IMG/VR virus record: IMGVR_UViG_3300032320_000884
Coordinates: 1-28,741 of that record
DNA from: a virus
Lineage: Duplodnaviria; Caudoviricetes
DNA: 28,741 bases
Direction: 5' to 3' (one strand)
Positions 15,660-23,786 of the stretch are shown here, piece after piece. Numbering within the stretch: position 1 is the stretch's first letter; each line of letters starts with the position of its first letter. The translations under genes and the position numbers were made by a program. Below the pieces are notes generated by a model. That model was not told the DNA's origin, ran no database searches, and saw only the letters and a program-made list of their open reading frames with translations.

Positions 15660-16105
15660 TAGATGTTTCTCCTATAATCATTAGAACGACGTGTAATTTC
15701 ACGACTGACCAAAGATAGGTCACGTTCATGGTTTGTAAGTAGCATCTCTACTAGCTTACGATAAGCGTACTTCTCTTCATAGTCGTTGTCAAGTTGTACA
15801 ACATCTGGATGAATAGAAATCTCTGTTTTAACTGCAGTGATACGCTCACCCTTTACCTGAGCACCCATGCGTTTAATTAGCATAGTGTTTTCAGTAAAGT
15901 CTTTCTTTTTCAAAGCTGCACGCTCTTCTAGCTGAGCCATAGTCAATTGTGAATTTATATAGTCAGTCCAAGCAGTTAGGCGAGTAAACAACTCACCTAA
16001 ATCCTCGGAACCAATTGCTGTTATATCTGTAGGAATACGTACCTGCTCGCCTTCTGGCTTGTAGAACGTAAGTCCCCAGTCTTTGAACTTATCTAACGCA
16101 GACAT
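15659..16105 (-). CDS. Coiled-coil protein, possibly UvsY-like recombination mediator
   Basis: All-helical 148 aa protein near RecA and nucleases. The UvsY resemblance rests on size, layout and context only. Confidence 0.45.
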   Translation of the reverse strand: MSALDKFKDWGLTFYKPEGEQVRIPTDITAIGSEDLGELFTRLTAWTDYINSQLTMAQLEERAALKKKDFTENTMLIKRMGAQVKGERITAVKTEISIHPDVVQLDNDYEEKYAYRKLVEMLLTNHERDLSLVSREITRRSNDYRRNI

Positions 16106-16953
16106 TAGTCCTCCTTATATGGGTCACACTGCTTACAAGTTCCGCCAGGGTTGTTATTGCAATCTGGTGCTACTCCAGCATCAACAGCATCGACAACAAA
16201 CTTAGCACCATCAAATATATGGCGTACAAGCTCATAGTCTGCTTTTACAGAAAATTCTTTGTAAGACTGGTTAGCTTTGAGTTCATAAATAAATACAATC
16301 TCATTAACTGGTGTTCCCATACGCTTTAGTAGTTCAAGGTAAACCTGGCCCTGAAGAATGTGGGAGCTGAATGGGCGGTTGATGTTCTTCCAAGCTTCCA
16401 TAAAATCACCATTAGCGTCATACATCAACCCAGGTGATTCTGAACGAATAGTTCCTGGACCAATTGATTTGATTTCGATAAGAGTGTCGTCACCAATACC
16501 TTTTATCCAACCATCAGTGTGTCCTGCAATACGAAGAGTATTGTCGGTAAGTGTTACTTCACGGTACTCTAAGGTGTCTTTACCACAGGCGGGACATCCT
16601 ACTACACCAAGGTCGAACAGTGAGAAGTCACACGCAACACAAACAAAACGACCATAAAGAACTCCCATTTCCTGGAAGTAACGTTGCCACTTGGCGTGGA
16701 TAGCGTGGCCTTCATCAAAGATTGACTGGAGTTGCAGTGCTGGCTTTTCTGCAATTTTAGTGTGCCCTTGTAGAAGGAAGTAAGATGCACGCTTACACCA
16801 ATCCTTCTTAATAATTTCAGATGGGTGAAGTACGGTTGTACTACGGTCACCAACTGGACGTGCCAAAAGATGACGTTCAATATCACCTAGAAGACGGTAT
16901 GGTTTCTTTTTTGCATCTAAGAACTTTTGTAGTTCTGATTTTGTTACTGCCAT
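16105..16953 (-). CDS. Cas4/RecB-like exonuclease
   Basis: HPSE..WC, FDEGHAIH, GHTDG, IEIKS, QxxxY, C-terminal C...CxxC; extra CxxC...CxxC insert. Confidence 0.88.
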   Translation of the reverse strand: MAVTKSELQKFLDAKKKPYRLLGDIERHLLARPVGDRSTTVLHPSEIIKKDWCKRASYFLLQGHTKIAEKPALQLQSIFDEGHAIHAKWQRYFQEMGVLYGRFVCVACDFSLFDLGVVGCPACGKDTLEYREVTLTDNTLRIAGHTDGWIKGIGDDTLIEIKSIGPGTIRSESPGLMYDANGDFMEAWKNINRPFSSHILQGQVYLELLKRMGTPVNEIVFIYELKANQSYKEFSVKADYELVRHIFDGAKFVVDAVDAGVAPDCNNNPGGTCKQCDPYKED

Positions 16954-16954
16954 A

Positions 16955-17284
16955 TTATTTTTCCTTCTTATCTAATTGAAAGATATATTCTTTCAAAGTC
17001 ATAGTACTTTTATACTTCTTTTGCCATTTACGCACAAGTGCGTTTCTTTCACGGTGAGATAGGCCGCCCCAAATACCGTGTTGTTCATCTGATTCTATTG
17101 CTTGCCAAAGACATTTAACTCTAATCGGGCAAGGGTCTTTGCCACCAACTCCAAAACAGTACTGCTTTGCTTGAGCAGCAATTTCTTTGTAAGTATCCTT
17201 GTCTCGATTGGGGAAAAATATATCAGGGTTCTCGATGTTTGAACAACGAGCTTGCTCTAATACATCTTCATCATAGTAAAACAT
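16955..17284 (-). CDS. whiB: WhiB-family Fe-S transcriptional regulator
   Basis: ARC...PDIFFP...AKQYC...CPIRVKCL...GIWGGLSHRER. Confidence 0.95.
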   Translation of the reverse strand: MFYYDEDVLEQARCSNIENPDIFFPNRDKDTYKEIAAQAKQYCFGVGGKDPCPIRVKCLWQAIESDEQHGIWGGLSHRERNALVRKWQKKYKSTMTLKEYIFQLDKKEK

Positions 17285-17285
17285 A

Positions 17286-17594
17286 CTACTTATTCCACAT
17301 TTCCAAAAAGTCTGTTTCTAGAAGAATAACGTAGTCTTCTCCATCAAGATGGATACCAAAAACCGGTAGCCTTCCGTCCATAATAGCTTCATTGGTAATT
17401 TTTTTCAATTCTGCAGAGCTAATTGTTTTAGTTTTTTTACCAGTCCATTTGTGCTCAATTAAAAGGTCATTATTACGCACGTCGCCTTTGCGAGACCAGA
17501 ATGCGCCAGAGGCAGCAGTAGTACTGCCACCAATGGCTTTTGCAATTCTTTTCTCGTGTTTTTGAGATTGTTTTTGACCTTCTGATTTTGACAT
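17286..17594 (-). CDS. Hjc-type (PD-(D/E)xK) Holliday junction resolvase-like protein
   Basis: HEKRIAK...SGA...KGDV...LIEHK. Start corrected to ATG 17594 (TAATG). Confidence 0.75.
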   Translation of the reverse strand: MSKSEGQKQSQKHEKRIAKAIGGSTTAASGAFWSRKGDVRNNDLLIEHKWTGKKTKTISSAELKKITNEAIMDGRLPVFGIHLDGEDYVILLETDFLEMWNK

Positions 17595-17773
17595 TACTGG
17601 CCTTTGTATCCTGAAGTTTTTGTTGGCCAATCAGGATGGGTTAGTACCTCAGCAATTTCATCAAGAAAGAGTGCATCATGCTCGTTATCAAACTTTCTTA
17701 AATCCTGTGCTACTGCACGGATGTAATGAACAATTTTTAGACGTTCATTATCGCGAATTTGTTGTTCAGTCAT
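17594..17773 (-). CDS. 59 aa hypothetical protein
   Basis: MTEQQIRDNERLKIVHYIRAVAQDLRKFDNEHDALFLDEIAEVLTHPDWPTKTSGYKGQ; AGGAG RBS, overlaps the recA stop and is coupled to the next gene. Confidence 0.7.
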   Translation of the reverse strand: MTEQQIRDNERLKIVHYIRAVAQDLRKFDNEHDALFLDEIAEVLTHPDWPTKTSGYKGQ

Positions 17774-18812
17774 TATTTGCTCCTATAAAGCTGGTTGGGG
17801 TCTTCAAGACTTTATCCCGAAGTTCTTTATATAAGTCTACATCTTCACGTAGGGAATTGACAAATGCTTCTTGTCCGTTCCACTTGCGCTCTCCGTAGTA
17901 AATCCAGCCACCGCGACGGTCAACAATCTCCTTAACAATCGACATTGCAACAACTTCTTTAGCAGTGTCATAGTCTCCTGCTTGATAGATGCTGTGGTCT
18001 GAGAAGTAGTAATCAATATAAGCAACCTGCTGTGGTGGGGCAGTCTTGTTCTTTAGAACACGAATCTTAATGCGCTGTCCTACACGAATCTTGTTAGTTC
18101 CTGAGCCTGCCTCAATCCATTCGTCACGGCGAACTTCGGCACGAGTAAAGAATGCGTAGTTCTTACCTTCACCGCCTGGAGTAGTGCGAGGGTCTCCGTG
18201 CATTACACCAATCTTCATACGATACTGGTTGATTACAATGCCTAGAATTGGACGCTCATCTTCTACAAGAGAGCGTTTCATAGCGGCTCCAGCCTTACGG
18301 AAGAACTTGTTAGTAATTAGGGCTCCACGACCAACAGTCATTTCATCCATATTCTTTTCAGCTTCAGGACTAGGTACTAGGGCAGGAAGACTGTCAATAA
18401 CAATAGCGTCGACTGATTTTGATTCAGCAAAAGCCAAAACTGCGTCATAGGCCTCTTCCATAATATTAGTTTCAATAACGATAACACGGCTGGCATCTAC
18501 TCCACACATTTCTGCGTACTCTGGGACCCATTGCTCTGCTGCAACCCATACTGTTGTGTATTCTGGGTCAAGCGCCTGGTTAGCCGCGATTGTCTTAAGA
18601 GCAATAGCTGTCTTCCCGTGGCTTGCTTCACCAATAAGTTCATTCCATTGATTAGCTGGAAACCCACCACCAAGAACATAGTCAAAAGTGGTAGACCCAG
18701 TAGTAACGCGACTGATAAGGTCTGCACGGATATTCTCTCCTATAACTACAGTATTTTCTCCGAATTTTTTGTTAAGTTGGGCTAGTACTTTTAGCGCATC
18801 TGGATTAATCAC
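17766..18812 (-). CDS. recA: RecA/UvsX-like recombinase
   Basis: Walker A GEASHGKT, Walker B IVIDS, INQYRMKIGVMHGDPRTTPGG, KNKTAPP. GTG start at 18812 after GGAGG. Confidence 0.96.
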   Translation of the reverse strand: MINPDALKVLAQLNKKFGENTVVIGENIRADLISRVTTGSTTFDYVLGGGFPANQWNELIGEASHGKTAIALKTIAANQALDPEYTTVWVAAEQWVPEYAEMCGVDASRVIVIETNIMEEAYDAVLAFAESKSVDAIVIDSLPALVPSPEAEKNMDEMTVGRGALITNKFFRKAGAAMKRSLVEDERPILGIVINQYRMKIGVMHGDPRTTPGGEGKNYAFFTRAEVRRDEWIEAGSGTNKIRVGQRIKIRVLKNKTAPPQQVAYIDYYFSDHSIYQAGDYDTAKEVVAMSIVKEIVDRRGGWIYYGERKWNGQEAFVNSLREDVDLYKELRDKVLKTPTSFIGANND

Positions 18813-18990
18813 GGACTGCCTCCAGTACGTCGTAGAGTGCGATAAATGATGGCCCACCGTTGTTGACCCACCAACCTACTCTACCGTCATAGGTGTCCAG
18901 GATGCCGTTCTCTAAAAGAACCTCTGCAACTTTTGCTCTAATATCTAAATATGTTTTATCTTTGATTAATTGAATCTGTGATTCTTCCAT
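18805..18990 (-). CDS. Hypothetical protein, 61 aa
   Basis: Fills the gap; AGGA upstream. Confidence 0.65.
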   Translation of the reverse strand: MEESQIQLIKDKTYLDIRAKVAEVLLENGILDTYDGRVGWWVNNGGPSFIALYDVLEAVRD

Positions 18991-18994
18991 TTTA

Positions 18995-19384
18995 TTATCC
19001 TAACTTTTGTCCATTGGGTCCATACCCACTTGGGATTGCACTGAATCCTGATGTACTGCTATTGCCTGTTGCTGGCTTTGTTGAGCCATCAACAACCGCA
19101 CCAGCGAGCCCACCGAAACGCGACCCGGACTGCTCCACGGGGTACCCACAGTCATAGCAGCGTGCTTTCGCATTTTCAATAGCAAAATAGTTGCCCGACC
19201 CGCAGTCAGGACACGTAGCAGTCTGGCGAGCAGACTGTGCTTTGGTTGTCGGTGGCTGTTGAAAGGAAGGCATCTGAGCCATAGGTTGCTGTGAAGGAGG
19301 CATCTGTGGAGTTGGGTCAGGACGTCCCTGTGGTACCTGAGGTTGCTGACCTAATCTCTTTGCCCACCAATCTGCGTTGTTCAT
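18995..19384 (-). CDS. Zinc-ribbon protein with Q/P-rich N-terminus
   Basis: CPDCGSGNY...CYDCGY; ATGA coupling. Confidence 0.8.
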   Translation of the reverse strand: MNNADWWAKRLGQQPQVPQGRPDPTPQMPPSQQPMAQMPSFQQPPTTKAQSARQTATCPDCGSGNYFAIENAKARCYDCGYPVEQSGSRFGGLAGAVVDGSTKPATGNSSTSGFSAIPSGYGPNGQKLG

Positions 19385-19791
19385 TTTTTATCCTTTGGTA
19401 GTTTTACTAAACCTAAGTCTACTAGTTGAGATACAGAACCTACAAGTGCAGACATTGCAATCTGCTCCATTAGCTTACGGCTTTCAATCCACATGTCATC
19501 TGAAAGAGACTTAAGTTCTTCTGGGAGATTACTTTTTTGATACTCAATAGACCCTTCGGCTAAAGCATGGGCATGGGCAAATAAAAGAGGGATAAGATGT
19601 GAAATACGTTCTACACGTTTTTCGCTTTCTTCTTCTTCTTTTTCTGCAAGCTCATTGCTAATCTTTCCACATCCTAATATAACACTTAGTTCGTGTGCAT
19701 TCTGAATCTGTGAGTCAAGAATGAACTCACGAAGTTTTGCTGAGACGTCATTAATTGTCCAGACTTTTTTAGCTTTTTTCTTTTTACCCAT
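19381..19791 (-). CDS. Hypothetical helical protein
   Basis: 136 aa, coupled to the polA stop. Confidence 0.75.
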   Translation of the reverse strand: MGKKKKAKKVWTINDVSAKLREFILDSQIQNAHELSVILGCGKISNELAEKEEEESEKRVERISHLIPLLFAHAHALAEGSIEYQKSNLPEELKSLSDDMWIESRKLMEQIAMSALVGSVSQLVDLGLVKLPKDKK

Positions 19792-21791
19792 TATTTAGCC
19801 TCACCCCACTTATCAACAATCTTCACGTCTGCGATTAGTGGAACAGTAATCTCCTTAAGTTGTATTCCTTCCATGGAAACGCGGATAGCATCTGCCACTT
19901 CGTCTGCACGGTCTTCTGGTGTAATTGTAACTAATTCATCGTGAACTGTCAATATTACATTTATATCAGGCTCGTTTATAAAACAAGAATGAGCACGAAC
20001 CAAAGCTAGCTTCATGATGTCAGCAGCTGAGCCCTGAATAACTGTGTTAAACGCTTGGCGTTCTGCACGAGCCAGTAGTCCTGGGTCACGCTGAAGCAAA
20101 TCAGGGATGTATCTGCGACGTCCAAACAAAGTCTCTACAAACGGAATTGAACCAGAGTTCTTTGCTAAACGAACAACCTTACCCTTGTATCTAGGAATAG
20201 ATGAAAACTTAGCCTCAAAATCACGAAGTAGTTGCTTTGCCTCGGTCACAGAACATCCGATAGATGCCGCAATTTTGTCAGGTCCTACACCATATGAGAT
20301 GGCAAGAACAAGAACCTTACCGGCCTTGCGGTCTACACCCATGGTGTCACCGATAGTGGTATAAATATCTTTACCAGTCATGTAGTTATCCACCAAAAGT
20401 GGGTCATCACTAAACGACGCAATAACACGCGGTTCAATCTGAGAGTAGTCAGCAACAACCAGCTTGTGCCCTGGAGGAGCCACAAATAGGTTACGAACCA
20501 ACTTACCGTAATCACCAGATGATGGGATGTTTTGTAGGTTAGGCTCAGACGAGCTAAAACGGCCCGTCTCGGCCCCGTGAGACTTGAAGTTAGTATGGAC
20601 CCGTCCATTGATAAGAAGGCTCTTACGCTCGGTTGTGGTCTTTTTACCGTTAGTTTCACGCTCCACGGTACCTCCTGCGTAAGGAGTTACATATGTAGTC
20701 ATCAACTTGTTCAAGTCCTGATATTCCAGCAAAGCGTCTACAAGGTCATCCTTGCCACGGTAATACTCAAGGGCTTCAGCAGACACGGAATAGTGAGCAG
20801 AAGTAAGTTCTCCACCTGCACGCTGTGTCTCAAAACCTTTGGTAGTTAACACGTTTTTAAACTTTGTGTTAGGAACTATACGAGGCTTTTTACCATCTTC
20901 AGCAGTGAATAGAAGCTTTTGTTTAGCTGGAACAGAGTTAATTGCAAATGCTTCACCAGCAATTTTAAAGGCTTTTGCTTTTGCGTTCTCTTTGTCTTCG
21001 CTAATCTGCTCTGCAAGTTCTTCAAGAGTCTTGGTGTCAATATACGCACCAGTCAGTTCCATATCGCACAAAGCAGCCAGAACATCCATCTCTAACTTCC
21101 AAACCCTGGTAAGACCACCAGTAATTCTAGGAAGCAATGATTGGTAAAGTTTCCAAGTCAATTCTGCATCGATACCGGAGTAGTTTGCCACTTCAGAAAA
21201 ACTGTGTAAAGCAACGTTCTCTCCAACACCCTTTTCCATATCAACGTGCAGTTCACGTTTTACAGAATCTTTAAGATTAAGATTATTTTTGTTCAGGTTG
21301 TTAATAATAAACTGAGCGGTCAAGGTATCAAAGAAAGGCTTTGAGGGAACTTTGCCACCGAAGTATTTAGCAATTGACTTCAAGTCAAACTTGACGTTGT
21401 GTCCAATCTTTAGTTTGTCTCCAAACATAAGTGGTTTAATTGCTTTGAATACTTGAGCAGGAGTTAGCTGAGATGGTGCCTCACCAAATTTGGGAATCCA
21501 CTTACGCTCATCTTTTGAATAGTGTGAGTCTAGAAGTTCTTTGCCCTCGGCCAAGCGACGCTGGCCTGCAAGAAGAAGTGGCTTGTCATACCCCTCAAGT
21601 TCGCCGTTAGGATGACCCATAGGGATGACGTCTACGCGACCATCAGTCGCAAAAGAAATCCAACAGACATCATTGATGACTGGATAAAGGCGGTCTTCGC
21701 CAATTGTTTCTACGTCAAATGCAAACGCATCGACCTTAGAGTAATACTCTACAAATTCTTGTAACTGTTCAACAGTTGTAATGATGTTCAT
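19791..21791 (-). CDS. polA: Family A DNA polymerase (3'-5' exonuclease plus polymerase, no 5'-3' exonuclease)
   Basis: FDVET, GHNVKFD, YSGIDA, TGRFSSSEPNLQNIP, motif A DYSQIE, motif B RKAGKVLVLAISYG, motif C TVHDEL. Confidence 0.97.
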   Translation of the reverse strand: MNIITTVEQLQEFVEYYSKVDAFAFDVETIGEDRLYPVINDVCWISFATDGRVDVIPMGHPNGELEGYDKPLLLAGQRRLAEGKELLDSHYSKDERKWIPKFGEAPSQLTPAQVFKAIKPLMFGDKLKIGHNVKFDLKSIAKYFGGKVPSKPFFDTLTAQFIINNLNKNNLNLKDSVKRELHVDMEKGVGENVALHSFSEVANYSGIDAELTWKLYQSLLPRITGGLTRVWKLEMDVLAALCDMELTGAYIDTKTLEELAEQISEDKENAKAKAFKIAGEAFAINSVPAKQKLLFTAEDGKKPRIVPNTKFKNVLTTKGFETQRAGGELTSAHYSVSAEALEYYRGKDDLVDALLEYQDLNKLMTTYVTPYAGGTVERETNGKKTTTERKSLLINGRVHTNFKSHGAETGRFSSSEPNLQNIPSSGDYGKLVRNLFVAPPGHKLVVADYSQIEPRVIASFSDDPLLVDNYMTGKDIYTTIGDTMGVDRKAGKVLVLAISYGVGPDKIAASIGCSVTEAKQLLRDFEAKFSSIPRYKGKVVRLAKNSGSIPFVETLFGRRRYIPDLLQRDPGLLARAERQAFNTVIQGSAADIMKLALVRAHSCFINEPDINVILTVHDELVTITPEDRADEVADAIRVSMEGIQLKEITVPLIADVKIVDKWGEAK

Positions 21792-21807
21792 AAAAGCCCC
21801 GAATGTT

Positions 21808-21858
21808 AAAAGTGGGGAGCCGAAGTAAGAAAGGGAGAAACAGCCTTCGGCTCCCCAC
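21808..21858 (-). terminator. 14 bp perfect stem-loop with U tract between ssb and polA
   Basis: gtggggagccgaag (21812-21825) and cttcggctccccac (21845-21858), 19 nt loop, followed by UUUU on the minus strand. Confidence 0.7.
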
Positions 21859-21872
21859 GGTGAGTGAGTTGG

Positions 21873-22532
21873 TTAGGAAATGAGCTGACGTGCTACTGCT
21901 AGCATATCTTCACGTGGGGCAACGTAGATAGCCTCAGGGCCATATGCAACAGCATCGGCAAGGGTAGCCATCAGTTCCTCCGCGTCCAACTCCCAGTCTT
22001 CTGCTAGGTCGGTTGACTTTACACGGTTAAGAGTGTACTGAGTCTCACGACCTGTGCCGAGACGAGCGATAGCCCAGAAGTGCTTTGACAATGGGCCCAA
22101 CTTTGGGTCATCGTTAGCAGCCTGTAGCTGACGGGCGAATGTAATAGGGGCGGTAAGAATCTGAACGCTAGGAACTTCGTCAGTCATTACCATCACGTTA
22201 AAAGCAAACTTTGGACGTGGGGTGTCACCAGCAATGGTGCACAGTGGGCATTCATCGCCTAGGCAAATGAATGAACGACGGCCTTCCTTGATTGCGTCAA
22301 TCCAGTGTAGTTCGTAAACCATAAATGGTTCGTCACTTAGGAAACGCACAAGTTGTGCCTGCTCGCTGAACTTCATGTCTGTAGGGTACAGACTCTTCTG
22401 CTTAACAGGCTTTAGAAAAGCAGCAGCTGCTCCCCATCCTGCCTGTACGGTGGTGCCGTGCTTTGGTGATGCAGTTTCGCTGTCTTCTACTAGGTAGTCG
22501 TCAGCGTTGAATGAAGGCTGTGTAATAGCCAT
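21873..22532 (-). CDS. ssb: T4 gp32-like single-stranded DNA-binding protein
   Basis: VRFL...HW...FICLGDECPLC...FAFNV...RLGTGRETQY; next to polA. Start corrected to ATG 22532. Confidence 0.75.
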   Translation of the reverse strand: MAITQPSFNADDYLVEDSETASPKHGTTVQAGWGAAAAFLKPVKQKSLYPTDMKFSEQAQLVRFLSDEPFMVYELHWIDAIKEGRRSFICLGDECPLCTIAGDTPRPKFAFNVMVMTDEVPSVQILTAPITFARQLQAANDDPKLGPLSKHFWAIARLGTGRETQYTLNRVKSTDLAEDWELDAEELMATLADAVAYGPEAIYVAPREDMLAVARQLIS

Positions 22533-22584
22533 AGTGTATCTTCTTTCGGTCGGAGGCCTTGCGGCTCTCATTTTGTCGGAGGTC

Positions 22585-23070
22585 TTACGACTCTCGGGTT
22601 TCCACCGCGTCTTTCCAGCGATTAACAATAATCTCTGTCAAGTCGTGATGATGATTCCATTCTACACGAGCGGAACCAAGAAGTCCACGTCTTGTGAACT
22701 CCTCAATGGCAATCTCGATTAGACTTCTCGTATAAACACGATTACCTAATACCTTTTTACCATTAAGACTCTTAGAACGCAAGCGATAGGGAGCAGCAGG
22801 TAGGTAGCCCTTTTTCTCCCATAGACGAATGGTTACAATCTTCTTCTCTAGCGCGTCGGCTAAAGCTGAGATAGTAAACAATTCTGTCTCCACACCTTTT
22901 ATACTGCGAATGATAGGATTTGCATCCCAGCCATTCGATTCACTCATAATTTTCTTACGGCGCTTTTCAGCAACTGTGGTGGTCGGTTTGCGTAATTTTT
23001 TTGAACCGGGTGCGCGGTCAAGACCCTCGAAAGCTTCGAGTATTTCTTTTTCGCTACGCATTCCCGGCAT
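22585..23070 (-). CDS. MerR-like winged-HTH DNA-binding protein
   Basis: FTISALADALEKKIVTIRLWEKKGYLP...RVYT. Confidence 0.85.
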   Translation of the reverse strand: MPGMRSEKEILEAFEGLDRAPGSKKLRKPTTTVAEKRRKKIMSESNGWDANPIIRSIKGVETELFTISALADALEKKIVTIRLWEKKGYLPAAPYRLRSKSLNGKKVLGNRVYTRSLIEIAIEEFTRRGLLGSARVEWNHHHDLTEIIVNRWKDAVETRES

Positions 23071-23079
23071 GTTTAAACT

Positions 23080-23520
23080 TTACTTTCTTGTCCAGAGTGC
23101 CCATGATACAGCAACAGGGAACATCTCGTCAAGTTGTTGTTCTGTGACTTTACCATCGTAGTAAGCAGCCATGAGCTTTTCTTCGTTTAGAGTTTTTACC
23201 ATCTCATAAACTTCGTCCTCAATACCAGCAGCAGCGATGATTGCCTCTGCAACTGTTTCATCAAGTTTACGTGAAGACTTACGCATCTTCTCTAAGCGAG
23301 AGATTCCGTCAATTGGTGTCTCTAAATCAATAAGCCAATTGCCGTCGCTATCTTCATAGCCTTGCTCGTCAATCTTTTGACTAATAAGTTTATTCAACTC
23401 TTTGGTGCGAGTTTCCATAATCTTCATGCTTGCTTTTAGACGAATGTACTCTGTGACCTGGGTTTCAAAGTCCTCTGGGTCAGCAAATTCGCGTGGTTCT
23501 TCTGGGATTAAATTAGCCAT
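23080..23520 (-). CDS. Hypothetical protein with N-terminal coiled coil
   Basis: 146 aa with AGGAG RBS. Confidence 0.75.
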   Translation of the reverse strand: MANLIPEEPREFADPEDFETQVTEYIRLKASMKIMETRTKELNKLISQKIDEQGYEDSDGNWLIDLETPIDGISRLEKMRKSSRKLDETVAEAIIAAAGIEDEVYEMVKTLNEEKLMAAYYDGKVTEQQLDEMFPVAVSWALWTRK

Positions 23521-23776
23521 TTATTTCTCCTTGTTCTTGTGCTATTAGATATTCTACTAAAAGTTCAATAGTTGTCAAGTTTGCCCAAATTTCATCAGGT
23601 ATCTTGATTTTAGTTTGTTCTTCTGTTTTTATAAAAATAGTCATCATTGAGATTGAATCAATATCTAGCTCATTGGTCAACGATTTAGTTAACTCCAGTT
23701 TAGATTCTGGGTACCTTGATTCTGCACTAATAATGTCTATAACTATTTTGGTCAAGTCATCTTTTGAATGCGCCAT
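23513..23776 (-). CDS. acpP: Acyl carrier protein, actinobacterial AcpM-like
   Basis: LDIDSISMMTIFIKTEEQTKIKIPDE aligns with AcpM LDIDSLSMVEIAVQTEDKYGVKIPDE; phosphopantetheine Ser at residue 41; AAGGAG RBS. Confidence 0.9.
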   Translation of the reverse strand: MAHSKDDLTKIVIDIISAESRYPESKLELTKSLTNELDIDSISMMTIFIKTEEQTKIKIPDEIWANLTTIELLVEYLIAQEQGEING

Positions 23777-23786
23777 CTGTTTCTCC

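Noticed and set aside
16105-16953. Cas4-like gene as evidence of a CRISPR system
   Set aside because: No repeat-spacer array or other cas genes seen; solo Cas4-like nucleases are common in phage recombination modules.
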